A stretch of 36,358 nt of DNA from Chloroflexaceae bacterium (GCA_034429295.1 DAOUGF010000174.1:1-36358), one strand, 5' to 3'; counted from the first letter of the stretch, positions 24,738 to 32,520 are shown. Made by a program: numbers and translations. The notes: a model not told the origin generated them from the letters alone.

Positions 24738-25538
24738 ATGCACAGCGAAGCTCATGCTAGCGCGGGCGTGCTCTGGCCGCTCCTGATACTGGCCATGCTC
24801 GCCGGTCCCTATGCGGTTGCCGCGCTCAGGCAGCGTCGCTGGAGCGGCTGGCGGACGGCGGGATGGATGGCGGGGGCGGTGCTGGCCGCGCTGGCCTTTG
24901 TCCCGCAACTCGTCGCCCTCGCCCATCACGACCTGAGGGCGCATATGGTGCAGCACCTGCTGCTCGGGATGTTCGCTCCCCTGGGGCTAGCGCTCGGGGC
25001 GCCTATCACGCTGGCGCTGCGGACCCTGCCGGCTCCCACCGCGCGACAGATCGTGGGGCTCCTGGCCAGCCAGCCGTTACGCCTGCTCAGCCACCCGGTG
25101 AGCGCGTTAGGGCTCAACAGCGGCGGCATGTATCTGCTCTACCTCACGCCGCTCTACGAGCTGAGTCTGCGCAGCCCGGCCTTGCAGTTGGCGCTGCACG
25201 CCCATTTCCTGGCGGCTGGCTGCCTCTTTACTTGGGCAATTATCGGCCTAGATCCAGCGCCGCACCGCCCGCCCTGGCCGGTGAGACTCGCCGTGCTGTT
25301 CGCCTCGATCGCCGCCCACGCCACGCTCGGGAAGATGTTGTATGCCTTCGGGCTGCCCCGCAGCGCCCACGGGATCGAGGAGATCCGCGCGGCGGCGCAG
25401 CTGATGTACTACGGTGGCGATCTCGCGGAGCTCCTGCTGGCGATCGCGCTCTTTGGGCAGTGGTACCGCGCCCGCGGCCGTCAGTTGGCCCCAACGCTGC
25501 CAAATGCTAAGGGCAAAGCCAGGGCGGTTGATCTTTGA
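24738..25538 (+). CDS. Cytochrome c oxidase assembly factor CtaG-like membrane protein (Caa3_CtaG family)
   Basis: 266-aa polytopic ORF. HHDLRAHMVQHLLLGMFAPLGLALGAPITLALR and HAHFLAAGCLFTW resemble the Bacillus-type CtaG family. Pairing with DUF2243 is common for this family. Confidence 0.72.
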   Translation: MHSEAHASAGVLWPLLILAMLAGPYAVAALRQRRWSGWRTAGWMAGAVLAALAFVPQLVALAHHDLRAHMVQHLLLGMFAPLGLALGAPITLALRTLPAPTARQIVGLLASQPLRLLSHPVSALGLNSGGMYLLYLTPLYELSLRSPALQLALHAHFLAAGCLFTWAIIGLDPAPHRPPWPVRLAVLFASIAAHATLGKMLYAFGLPRSAHGIEEIRAAAQLMYYGGDLAELLLAIALFGQWYRARGRQLAPTLPNAKGKARAVDL

Positions 25539-25569
25539 TCCCTCGCCCACAAGGAGCTCGGCCGGTCTG

Positions 25570-25680
25570 CGCTAGGGCAATTTCAGGAAGCCTTTTTTGG
25601 CCATATCGCCTGGTTCTCTGGCGTTGTGAGGCTCTCGCGGTACGGACTACCGACTACTGACTACCGACTACGGACACTAG
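25570..25680 (-). repeat. Composite intergenic repeat, copy B, abutting the MFS stop codon
   Basis: The minus strand reads CTAGTGTCCGTAGTCGGTAGTCAGTAGTCGGTAGTCCGTACCGCGAGAGCCTCACAACGCCAGAGAACCAGGCGATATGGCCAAAAAAGGCTTCCTGAAATTGCCCTAGCG. On the + strand there are four perfect GACTACN heptads at 25645..25672. The TAG stop of the MFS gene is the terminal CTAG (25680..25677). Confidence 0.7.
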
Positions 25681-26960
25681 GCCCCCGTCGCCAGCGCCTC
25701 GCTCATGCGATAGTCGCGGATGGTTGGCGATGCCGCTGCGACAACGATCGCGATGAGCAGCGCCACGCCGGCCAGGGCGAGGGTGATCGCCCGCGGGCCG
25801 ATCAGGTCGGCGCCGATCCCGGCGATCAGGGAGCCGACCGGGATGAGCCCCGAGCTGAGCGTGACGATCCCTGTGACGCGCCCGCGTAGCTCATCGGGGA
25901 TCGAGAGCTGCAGCAGGGTTTGGTTGGTGGTCAGATAGATCATCTCGAAGAAGCCGGCGAGCGCCAGAAGCGGCAGGGCGATCAGCAGGTTTGGGCTGAG
26001 GGCGAAGCCGATCAGCGACAGGCTGAGCAACAGAAGCGCCGTGAGCTGCAACACGCCCCGCCGCTCGACATGGTCAAGGGCGGCGGTAGCGAATCCGCCG
26101 GCCACACCACCCACACCGACAGCTGAGAGCAAGGCGCCGAGCACTTGGGGGCCGCCCTGGAACACATCCTTGGCATAGATCGGCGGGAGCGCCGCAAAGA
26201 TCGGGATGATAAACAGTGGCAGCACCCAGCCCATCAGCAGAAACGCTCGCGTCCGTCGCTGGGTGAGCACATACTGAAGGCCTTCGCGGAAGGCTCCCCG
26301 CACCGAGGACTGCGCCTTGGTGGACGGCTCGGCTGGGAAGCGGATGCGCAGGATCGTGAAGGTGATCAGCGCGTAGGCACCGGCCTGCACCAGGAAGTTA
26401 CCTCCAGGGCCAAGCCAGAGGATCAGCATCCCGCCAAGGGCAGGGCCAAGAGAGCGCATCAGCGCCCAGCCTGTCTGCACCAGCGCCACCGCGCCTGAGG
26501 CGAGGGCTCGCGGCACCAGCACAAAGACCACCGTCTGCCGGAGGGGGAGGTCGATGGCTTGGGCAAGCCCTCCCAGAAACGTGAACACGAAGAGCGGCCA
26601 GAGGGCGGTGAAGCCGCTGAGCAGCGCCAAGCCGAGGGCGGTGCTGATGACGAAGAGCCAGGCGTTGACGGCGGACATGAGGGTCCGGCGCGCTACGCGG
26701 TCGATGATCACGCCAGCGATCGTGGCGAGGCCCAGTGTGGCCACCGAACGAACAAGGTTCAGCGAGCCGAGCATCGTTCCTGAGCCGGTCAGCTCATAGA
26801 TCAGCCAGCTCAGGGTTACCTGCTGGATCCATTGGGCGCCGTTGGAGAGGGTGGTGCCGAGCAGCAGCCAGCGGAAGTTCGCTCGTTGCAGGGCAGCGAA
26901 GGCGCCTGGCCGCTTGACATCGGTGGGCGGGTCAGTATCAGAAGAGTGCGGGTTGGTCAC
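25677..26960 (-). CDS. MFS transporter (12-TM, EntS/MFS_3-like)
   Basis: ORF 25677..27047 trimmed to GTG 26960 (VTNPHSSD...), which is preceded by AGGAGG with a 7-nt spacer. The track start at 27047 is a TTG without an SD. The protein is polytopic, and the gene is divergent from a TetR gene. Confidence 0.85.
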   Translation of the reverse strand: MTNPHSSDTDPPTDVKRPGAFAALQRANFRWLLLGTTLSNGAQWIQQVTLSWLIYELTGSGTMLGSLNLVRSVATLGLATIAGVIIDRVARRTLMSAVNAWLFVISTALGLALLSGFTALWPLFVFTFLGGLAQAIDLPLRQTVVFVLVPRALASGAVALVQTGWALMRSLGPALGGMLILWLGPGGNFLVQAGAYALITFTILRIRFPAEPSTKAQSSVRGAFREGLQYVLTQRRTRAFLLMGWVLPLFIIPIFAALPPIYAKDVFQGGPQVLGALLSAVGVGGVAGGFATAALDHVERRGVLQLTALLLLSLSLIGFALSPNLLIALPLLALAGFFEMIYLTTNQTLLQLSIPDELRGRVTGIVTLSSGLIPVGSLIAGIGADLIGPRAITLALAGVALLIAIVVAAASPTIRDYRMSEALATGA

Positions 26961-27159
26961 AAACGGCGCCTCCTGGATGATAGCCCGAGCTATGGAGCGC
27001 CACAGGAAACTTCCGTTGGGTCCGCAAGGCCGAAGCCCGCTACGCAACCACTTCGGCCGTACACCCGAGCGGCCAAGATGGTACCTCTTAGCGCAGAGCG
27101 GGCAGGTGACGCGCTGCCCTGTTCCCTGTGCCCGGCTCCGCGCCCTTGCTCAGCGCAGG

Positions 27160-27213
27160 TATAATAAAACGGACCCGGGTCCGAACAGCGATGGTAACGG
27201 ACTCAGGTCCGTT
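27160..27213 (+). promoter_or_regulatory. TATAAT -10 box followed by two ACGGAC-N4-GTCCG(T) palindromes (candidate TetR operators)
   Basis: TATAAT at 27160..27165. CGGACCCGGGTCCG at 27170..27183 is a perfect 14-bp palindrome. AACGGACTCAGGTCCGTT at 27196..27213 has 7-bp arms and a 4-nt spacer. All three lie in the MFS/TetR divergent intergenic region, 37 nt upstream of the tetR ATG. Confidence 0.55.
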
Positions 27214-27249
27214 TGTCAAGGAGAGCAGCCCACAGGGAGGGCGCCGGCG

Positions 27250-27870
27250 ATGGAGGAGGCTCAGAAGCTGGGGCGACGAGACGCGCGAGCGAACCGGCAG
27301 CGCCTGCTCGAAGTAGCGAAGCGGCTCTTTGCCGAGCATGGCGTCGCGCCCACGACGATGAAGCAGCTTGCCCTGGCTGCCGGCGTAGGTAAGGGCACGC
27401 TCTATCGCCACTTTGCCGACAAGGGCGAGCTGTGCCGGGCGCTGATCCAGGAGGATGTGGCAGCCTTTCAGGCCCGCGTGGGGGCGCTGATCGCCGATGG
27501 ACGGCAGGAGCCCTCGGCGCTCGCCCGGCTAGAGATCCTGATCAACGAGCGGATCCGCCTGACGGAGACTCATCTGCCGCTCTTCGCGGCCATGGAAGTG
27601 GCATCGGCCGGGGCGCCGCCCCAAGGCAAGAGCTCTCGTGGGCCGTTCACCGCCTGGACCCACGGGCAGATCGTGCGGCTGCTCAACGAGGCGGTAGCAC
27701 AGGGCGAGGTGCCGCCGTTAGATGCGGCGTTTGTTGCCGACGCGATTCTGGCGACACTCTCCCCGGCCCACTTCACCTATCAGCGCCAGGAGTGCGGCTA
27801 CAGCATCGAGCGTATCAGCGCGGGGATGCGGCGCATCTTCCTCGACGGGCTGCGGCGGCCCGCCGACTGA
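27250..27870 (+). CDS. TetR/AcrR family transcriptional regulator
   Basis: ORF 26842..27870 trimmed to ATG 27250 (MEEAQKLGRRDARANRQRLLEVAKRLFAEHGVAPTTMKQLALAAGVGKGTLYRHFADK...), which is preceded by GGGAGGG. Confidence 0.9.
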   Translation: MEEAQKLGRRDARANRQRLLEVAKRLFAEHGVAPTTMKQLALAAGVGKGTLYRHFADKGELCRALIQEDVAAFQARVGALIADGRQEPSALARLEILINERIRLTETHLPLFAAMEVASAGAPPQGKSSRGPFTAWTHGQIVRLLNEAVAQGEVPPLDAAFVADAILATLSPAHFTYQRQECGYSIERISAGMRRIFLDGLRRPAD

Positions 27871-27963
27871 AGGCTCGCAGGGTCTTAGGGCCCTTACTGT
27901 CGCGGAGTTGCCCTCCACACTGCCACCCCCCGAGCACAGAGCTTGGGGGGTGGCGGTGTGGCG

Positions 27964-28041
27964 CTTACAGCGAGAGCCTCACAACGCTAGAGAGCAAGGC
28001 GGCATTGGCCAAAAAGCCGCCTGAAATCGCATTATGGCGGG
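27964..28041 (+). repeat. Composite intergenic repeat, copy C (core plus hairpin; lacks the CTAG/heptad head)
   Basis: CTTACAGCGAGAGCCTCACAACGCTAGAGAGCAAGGCGGCATTGGCCAAAAAGCCGCCTGAAATCGCATTATGGCGGG. It lies between the convergent tetR and GNAT genes. On the minus strand, CCGCC..GGCGG followed by CTTTTTGG lies just downstream of the GNAT stop. Confidence 0.65.
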
Positions 28042-28055
28042 ATCTGACTGGCCTC

Positions 28056-28550
28056 CTAGCGCTTGATACGCGCCATGAGGTAGGCGTCGATATACTCGCC
28101 TTCGCTGAATACGAACTGCTCCAGCGTCCCTTCGAGCGCAAAGCCGCACTTGCGGTAGAGCTGCATGGCCGTCTCGTTTGTCTTCCAGACGGTCAAGCTC
28201 AGACGGCGGAGTTGCAGCCAGTTATCGGCCAGATCGAGGATCGCCTCCATCAGCGTACGGCCAACACCTTTACCCTGCCAGTCGGCGTGGACGGCGATCA
28301 TGTTGATCTCGCCGGCATGGCGATGGCGCGGGGCGTCTGGGTATGTGATAAGCTCTGCATAGCCAACCACCTCGTCCTGAACACAGGCGACAAGCTTGAT
28401 AATATCATCGCTGGGCGCCAGGCGCTTCTGGGTAGTCTCAACGGGCTGGTAAGGGACGCGCATCGTTCCCCGCAGCACATGGTCGCTCATGAAGATGTGG
28501 TGGACCGCAGTGGAGTCTTCGGGCCGCGCGTGCCTGACAGTGATATTCAT
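28056..28550 (-). CDS. GNAT family N-acetyltransferase
   Basis: ORF 28056..28628 trimmed to ATG 28550 (MNITVRHARPEDS...), which is preceded by GGTGGGAG. Acetyl-CoA motif VHADWQGKGVGRTLMEAI; also NETAMQLYRKCGF. Confidence 0.87.
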   Translation of the reverse strand: MNITVRHARPEDSTAVHHIFMSDHVLRGTMRVPYQPVETTQKRLAPSDDIIKLVACVQDEVVGYAELITYPDAPRHRHAGEINMIAVHADWQGKGVGRTLMEAILDLADNWLQLRRLSLTVWKTNETAMQLYRKCGFALEGTLEQFVFSEGEYIDAYLMARIKR

Positions 28551-28799
28551 GTGAGCTCCCACCTCATCTATGGCATCATCGTCGATCCGGCGCCTCATCA
28601 CGACCGACGCCCTCACATGGCGCATCATACCCGCTTGCCATAAGGGACAGCTTCGATACAGCGAGTGAGAGGAAGCTAAGGATAAGCTGTAGCCAACTTC
28701 CGTCCCGCGGTTGATCAGCTGTTGCTGCCGGGCGACGCTCTGGTTATGGTAGTATCCGGCTCATCCCCAACAGCCGCCAAGCGTGGAAAGAGAGCAGCC

Positions 28800-29627
28800 A
28801 TGACGAGCAGCCCGATTCCCCTGGTCATCGGCGACCCCCAACGGCCACCGCGGGTCATTGATCTGGAGCAGCCTCGCACGGCTGCGATGCCTATCCACCC
28901 GTCCCATCTCCCTGGCTACAGCTATGTGCTGCATCGGCGTCACCAGGACAACTACGGGCAGGATGGGCCGCGCTCCAGCGCCTCGGGCATGATTATGACG
29001 ATGGAGCATACGGGCACCCATATCGACGCCTGCTGCCATCAGGCCGAGCATCTCAGGCTTTGTGGCGGGATTCCTGTTGACGCTGAGGTGCAGAACTCTC
29101 GCGGCTTCACCCGTCGCGGGGTAGAGGAGATCGGCCCGATCGTGGCCCCGGGCGTGCTGCTTGATGTCGCCGGGCTGCGGGGGGTGGAGGCGCTGCCGCC
29201 CGGCTACGCGATCTCTGTAGACGATCTGGAGGCCTGCTGCGCGCATCAAGGGGTCAGCATCGAGGCCGGCGATGTGGTGCTGGTGCGGACAGGCAACGAG
29301 CTGTACTGGGACGACAGTGAGCGCTACCTAGCTGGGCCGGGAGTGCACGGCGACGGCTCGCGCTGGCTCGCCAGCCGGAAGGTTCTGGCAGTTGGCGCTG
29401 ACACGATGGCCTGGGATGTGATCGGGCTCCGCGATGAGGCGCTGGGCTGTACCCTGCCGGGGCACCTTATTCTGCTGGTGCAGCACGGCATCTATATCAT
29501 CGAGAACCTGCGCCTGCGCGAGCTGGCGTCGGCTGGGGTGTGGCGCTTCGCGTTTATCTGCACGCCGCTGCAGTTCGTCGGCGCCACCGGCTCGCCAGTG
29601 CGGCCGATCGCGATCCTGCCGGCCTGA
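28800..29627 (+). CDS. Cyclase family protein (kynurenine formamidase-like fold)
   Basis: ORF 28722..29627. I prefer ATG 28800 (MTSSPIPLVIGD...). Motifs: MEHTGTHIDACCH, VLVRTG and GADTMAWD. The start is uncertain. Confidence 0.8.
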   Translation: MTSSPIPLVIGDPQRPPRVIDLEQPRTAAMPIHPSHLPGYSYVLHRRHQDNYGQDGPRSSASGMIMTMEHTGTHIDACCHQAEHLRLCGGIPVDAEVQNSRGFTRRGVEEIGPIVAPGVLLDVAGLRGVEALPPGYAISVDDLEACCAHQGVSIEAGDVVLVRTGNELYWDDSERYLAGPGVHGDGSRWLASRKVLAVGADTMAWDVIGLRDEALGCTLPGHLILLVQHGIYIIENLRLRELASAGVWRFAFICTPLQFVGATGSPVRPIAILPA

Positions 29628-29660
29628 GTGCTAGTGGCCGTACAGTGTAGTCCATACAGC

Positions 29661-29797
29661 TATATGGAACCACAGAAATCCCTCGGTAGCCCGTAGGGCC
29701 GAAGCATTCGCCCGGGACAGCGCCCGTACCACATGCACGACTTGGGGCGAATGCTTTGGCCGTACCTCCCGAGCGACATGCATGGTGGTTCTATCTA
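29661..29797. mobile_element. ~137-bp palindromic MITE-like element nested in repeat copy E
   Basis: Termini are TATATGGAACCAC...GTGGTTCTATCTA (about 11/13 inverted). Internal long arms are GGCCGAAGCATTCGCCC / GGGCGAATGCTTTGGCC. It replaces the 4 nt (GAGA) found at this position in copies B and C. It has no coding capacity. Confidence 0.4.
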
Positions 29798-29830
29798 GCC
29801 TCACAACGTCACAGAGCCGGGCAACAAAAA

Positions 29831-29870
29831 GCCCGGGTTCCTTGTTTCACGTGAAACAGGGAACCCGGGC
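29831..29870. terminator. 40-bp near-perfect palindrome acting as a candidate bidirectional intrinsic terminator
   Basis: GCCCGGGTTCCTTGTTTCAC|GTGAAACAGGGAACCCGGGC pairs at 19/20 positions, the remaining one being T-G. It is preceded by CAAAAA and followed by CGTTTT. It lies between the convergent cyclase (+) and membrane-protein (-) genes. Confidence 0.65.
29843..29858. other. parS: parS centromere-like site (perfect consensus TGTTTCACGTGAAACA)
   Basis: This is an exact match to the widely conserved chromosomal parS palindrome. It lies 2.8 kb from parB, at the centre of the 29831..29870 palindrome. Confidence 0.75.
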
Positions 29871-29882
29871 CGTTTTCGCAGC

Positions 29883-30326
29883 TTAACGCACCATCGTCCG
29901 CCGCACGCTCCCCGCGATCGTCTTAGCGGTATCGAGGTAGGCCGTGTAGACCCGCGCTCGCCCGAAGATCAACGGAGTCGCGATCGCCATCAGGATCAAC
30001 GCCGGGATCCAGAGGAGCGACGTGACGATCTGCGAGAGCCATGCGCAGATCAACGCCGCGCCGATCAGCACATTCAGCAGAGCCGTGCTGCCCTTCTGCC
30101 CATAGGAGCTGCCTAACAGCTCGCGCACATTGCCGATCAGCAGCAGCAGCCCGGCGAAGGCGCCGAAATGCATCACGAGATGGGTCGTGAAGAAGTTCAG
30201 CACAAAGTAGATCGCGACGACCGCTATCAGAGCCAGGCCGATATAGAGATATAGCGGCTTGATCGGATAGCCGCCGATGCGGGTGTAGCTCCCGCCGTTT
30301 CTGCCCCCATTGCCGCTATACATCAT
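29883..30326 (-). CDS. Hypothetical membrane protein (about 4 TM helices)
   Basis: ORF 29883..30371 trimmed to ATG 30326 (MMYSGNGGRNGGSYTRIGGYPIKPLYLYIGLALIAVV...), which is preceded by GAAAGGAAG. No family was recognised. Confidence 0.6.
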   Translation of the reverse strand: MMYSGNGGRNGGSYTRIGGYPIKPLYLYIGLALIAVVAIYFVLNFFTTHLVMHFGAFAGLLLLIGNVRELLGSSYGQKGSTALLNVLIGAALICAWLSQIVTSLLWIPALILMAIATPLIFGRARVYTAYLDTAKTIAGSVRRTMVR

Positions 30327-30562
30327 CGCTTCCTTTCTCGCACCCGTGTGGTCTAACTTGCCAGCAGGCATCGTGTCGCCTGTCGGTCAGACGCCGCCAG
30401 GACCCCCGGTGTTGCAGCAGATCCGAAACGGTTGCTTCGTATCTGCTTGGCCTGCGATAGCCAGCGCTGCGATGGTCGAAGCAGATGGCGATTCCCTGGC
30501 TGCGTCGGCTCATCTCAGAGAGCACAGCACTTTTGATCGCAGCTGCCTGCGCCAGTTGGAGC

Positions 30563-30853
30563 TCACTCGTCGAAGACCGCTTTGACCCGAAACATCCCGT
30601 CCCGGTGGTCAGGGGCATTAGCCAGCGCGGCCTCCCGGCTCAGGCCCTCCGTCACCACATCTTCGCGCATCACGGTCACCAAGTTGGTCACCTGGGCCGT
30701 GGCGGGGACACCGGTCACATCAACTTCTTGGAGCGCGGCGATGTGCTCAAGAATATGCGAGAGCTGCGCGCCCATGCGCTCAAGCTCGTCTGGCTCAAGG
30801 CTGAGCCGGGCGAGACGGGCGACATGAGCCACCTCCTGTAAGGATAGGGCCAT
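30563..30853 (-). CDS. gatC: Asp-tRNA(Asn)/Glu-tRNA(Gln) amidotransferase subunit C
   Basis: ORF 30563..30934 trimmed to ATG 30853, which is preceded by GGGGGAGGT. The 96-aa product MALSLQEVAHVARLARLSLEPDELERMGAQLSHILEHIAALQEVDVTGV... has the typical GatC length and sequence. Confidence 0.9.
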   Translation of the reverse strand: MALSLQEVAHVARLARLSLEPDELERMGAQLSHILEHIAALQEVDVTGVPATAQVTNLVTVMREDVVTEGLSREAALANAPDHRDGMFRVKAVFDE

Positions 30854-30940
30854 TGTTACCTCCCCCTCATCAATACCATAGCTCGGATGCGATAGCTGCC
30901 TCTCATGATACTCCACTTGGCTCCGGCGAATCACACGACC

Positions 30941-31858
30941 TCATCCCAGAGGCAGCCGCAACAACACGAGCGGGAACAAGCTTATCAGGCGAATGAACGG
31001 TAGCGTATGGCAGGCGCGGGCGATGGCTCGAGGCTCGCCCTGCAACGTCAGCGGCACGATCCAGAGGGCCAGTGGCAGCACCGTGCAGAGCAGGAGTGCC
31101 GCAAGCACCAGCGGCGACAGCGCTGCCAGCCACCACAAGATCAAAGCCAGCAGCATCACCAGCACCATCAGCGCCCGAAAGAGCGACAGCGACGGGCCGA
31201 CGCCAAAATAGATCGCGGTTGTCACCAGCCCGAGCTGAGCATCGCCAGCGATGTCGTCTACAGTGTATAACACTTCCTGCCCTAGCGTGTAGACGAAGCT
31301 CATCCCCGCTACGGCCCAGACCAGCGGCGAAACCGCCCCTGTCGCGAGCCCGCCAAACACCAGGACCGAGCTGTTCAGCAAGGCCATAGCCATATTGCCG
31401 AGCAACACCGTGCGCTTCAGCAGTAGCGAGTAGGCGACGGTGAGAATAATGTTCGCGCAGGCGATGCAGAAGAGCAGTGGCGGCAGCAGCCAGGCTACAG
31501 CGACGGCGGCGATGACGAGCAGCCCGGCAAGCCACAGGGCCCCATTGCGACTCAGCTCGCCGGCCGGCAGCGGTCGCTCCGGCCGATTTACGCGGTCAAT
31601 CTCGAGGTCTACATAGTCGTTGCTGACAAAACCGAAGGCGACCACCAGGGCTACGACCAGCGCGGCTATGACGACGATGTCGGGCCTGCTGAACGGCAGG
31701 CCCTGGTTGAGGTATGCGCCGAGCACTGTGTAGGCTGCGGCTTGGGCAGCGATCTGCGGGCGGGTGATATGGAGGATGGCCCCGAGGCGGGCGAGGCCAG
31801 TTTTGCCTGCTGGCATAGGGCTCTCGAGCAGCTGGCGATCTGCGCCGGGGCGGCTCAT
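30941..31858 (-). CDS. UbiA family prenyltransferase
   Basis: 305-aa polytopic ORF. First Asp-rich motif NDYVDLEIDRVNRPERPLPAG. A second D-rich region reads YTVDDIAGD. The ATG overlaps the upstream stop as ATGA (31858..31855). Substrate is unknown. Confidence 0.85.
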   Translation of the reverse strand: MSRPGADRQLLESPMPAGKTGLARLGAILHITRPQIAAQAAAYTVLGAYLNQGLPFSRPDIVVIAALVVALVVAFGFVSNDYVDLEIDRVNRPERPLPAGELSRNGALWLAGLLVIAAVAVAWLLPPLLFCIACANIILTVAYSLLLKRTVLLGNMAMALLNSSVLVFGGLATGAVSPLVWAVAGMSFVYTLGQEVLYTVDDIAGDAQLGLVTTAIYFGVGPSLSLFRALMVLVMLLALILWWLAALSPLVLAALLLCTVLPLALWIVPLTLQGEPRAIARACHTLPFIRLISLFPLVLLRLPLG

Positions 31859-32520
31859 ACGCTACGGTCTTCGAGCTCCCAGGCGTGATCAAGCAGATGC
31901 CAGGCCGTCCGGCGCACGAAATAGCGCGCCGTCCAGCGCTGACCTCCGCGAGGGCCGCGGGTGGGAAGCTCGCCCCGCGCCGACGCGGCGAGCGCCTCCT
32001 GGGTAGCTTTCCAGAGCTGCCGCTGCTGCTCCTCCGGCTCCACCTGGCCTTGCTTCGTGCTCCAGCCTAACTGCCGGAGGTAGCCGGCGCTAGAGTCGAG
32101 CACATGGGCTACGATCTTATCGAGCTCACGGCCGCCGCCACGAGCGCCTCTGCGCAACTGCTTTCCAGCGGCCGCCTCCACAGCCCGGTCGAACGCCTGC
32201 CAGCAGCCCAAGAGCAGCGTCTCAAGGCGCCGTAACTCCGCCGCATCGACGGGCTGGTTGTCATAGGCTGGCGCGACACCCGGCGCTCCAAAGTCCGTGG
32301 TCGAAGTGCCGGAAAGCCGCTCGACAACCTGGAATCCCCCGGTGTCGGCGGGGAACTGCAGCTCCGTAAGCTCAAGCGCGGCGCGATAGCGAGGTCCATA
32401 GTCGAGCAGGCTTTGGAGCGCCGCAGCCTCGTCCCGCCCGCTCCGGCACCAGCCGGGCCAGGCAAGAGCCCCGGCGAAGGTGCGCTTCGCGCCGCACTCA
32501 AGATACACTTCAATGGTCAT
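31855..32520 (-). CDS. Hypothetical protein (conserved-looking; possible DinB-like helical C-terminal half)
   Basis: 221-aa ORF starting at ATG 32520, with high GC3. The N-terminus is MTIEVYLECGAKRTFAGALAWPGWCRSGRDE, and the C-terminus contains AWHLLDHAWELEDR. It is translationally coupled to the UbiA gene. The function assignment is weak. Confidence 0.6.
   Translation of the reverse strand: MTIEVYLECGAKRTFAGALAWPGWCRSGRDEAAALQSLLDYGPRYRAALELTELQFPADTGGFQVVERLSGTSTTDFGAPGVAPAYDNQPVDAAELRRLETLLLGCWQAFDRAVEAAAGKQLRRGARGGGRELDKIVAHVLDSSAGYLRQLGWSTKQGQVEPEEQQRQLWKATQEALAASARGELPTRGPRGGQRWTARYFVRRTAWHLLDHAWELEDRSV

Larger units (their letters stand above)
29631..29870 (+). repeat. Composite intergenic repeat, copy E, interrupted by a nested palindromic element
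   Basis: CTAGTGGCCGTACAGTGTAGTCCATACAGC | insert | GCCTCACAACGTCACAGAGCCGGGCAACAAAAAGCCCGGG... It starts 3 nt after the cyclase TGA. Its A-tract hairpin is replaced or extended by the parS palindrome. Confidence 0.55.

Noticed and set aside
25594-25599. T6 run in repeat copy B as a terminator for the + strand CtaG-like gene
   Set aside because: I could not find a stable stem immediately upstream of the T-run; at best there are 3-4 scattered pairs. I therefore did not call a terminator, and the module appears eroded in this copy.
27432-28643. 403-aa + ORF spanning the tetR 3' half, the intergenic repeat and the GNAT gene
   Set aside because: It runs out of frame through tetR, crosses a non-coding repeat, and is antisense to the GNAT gene. 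The translation is Arg/Gly/Ala-rich.
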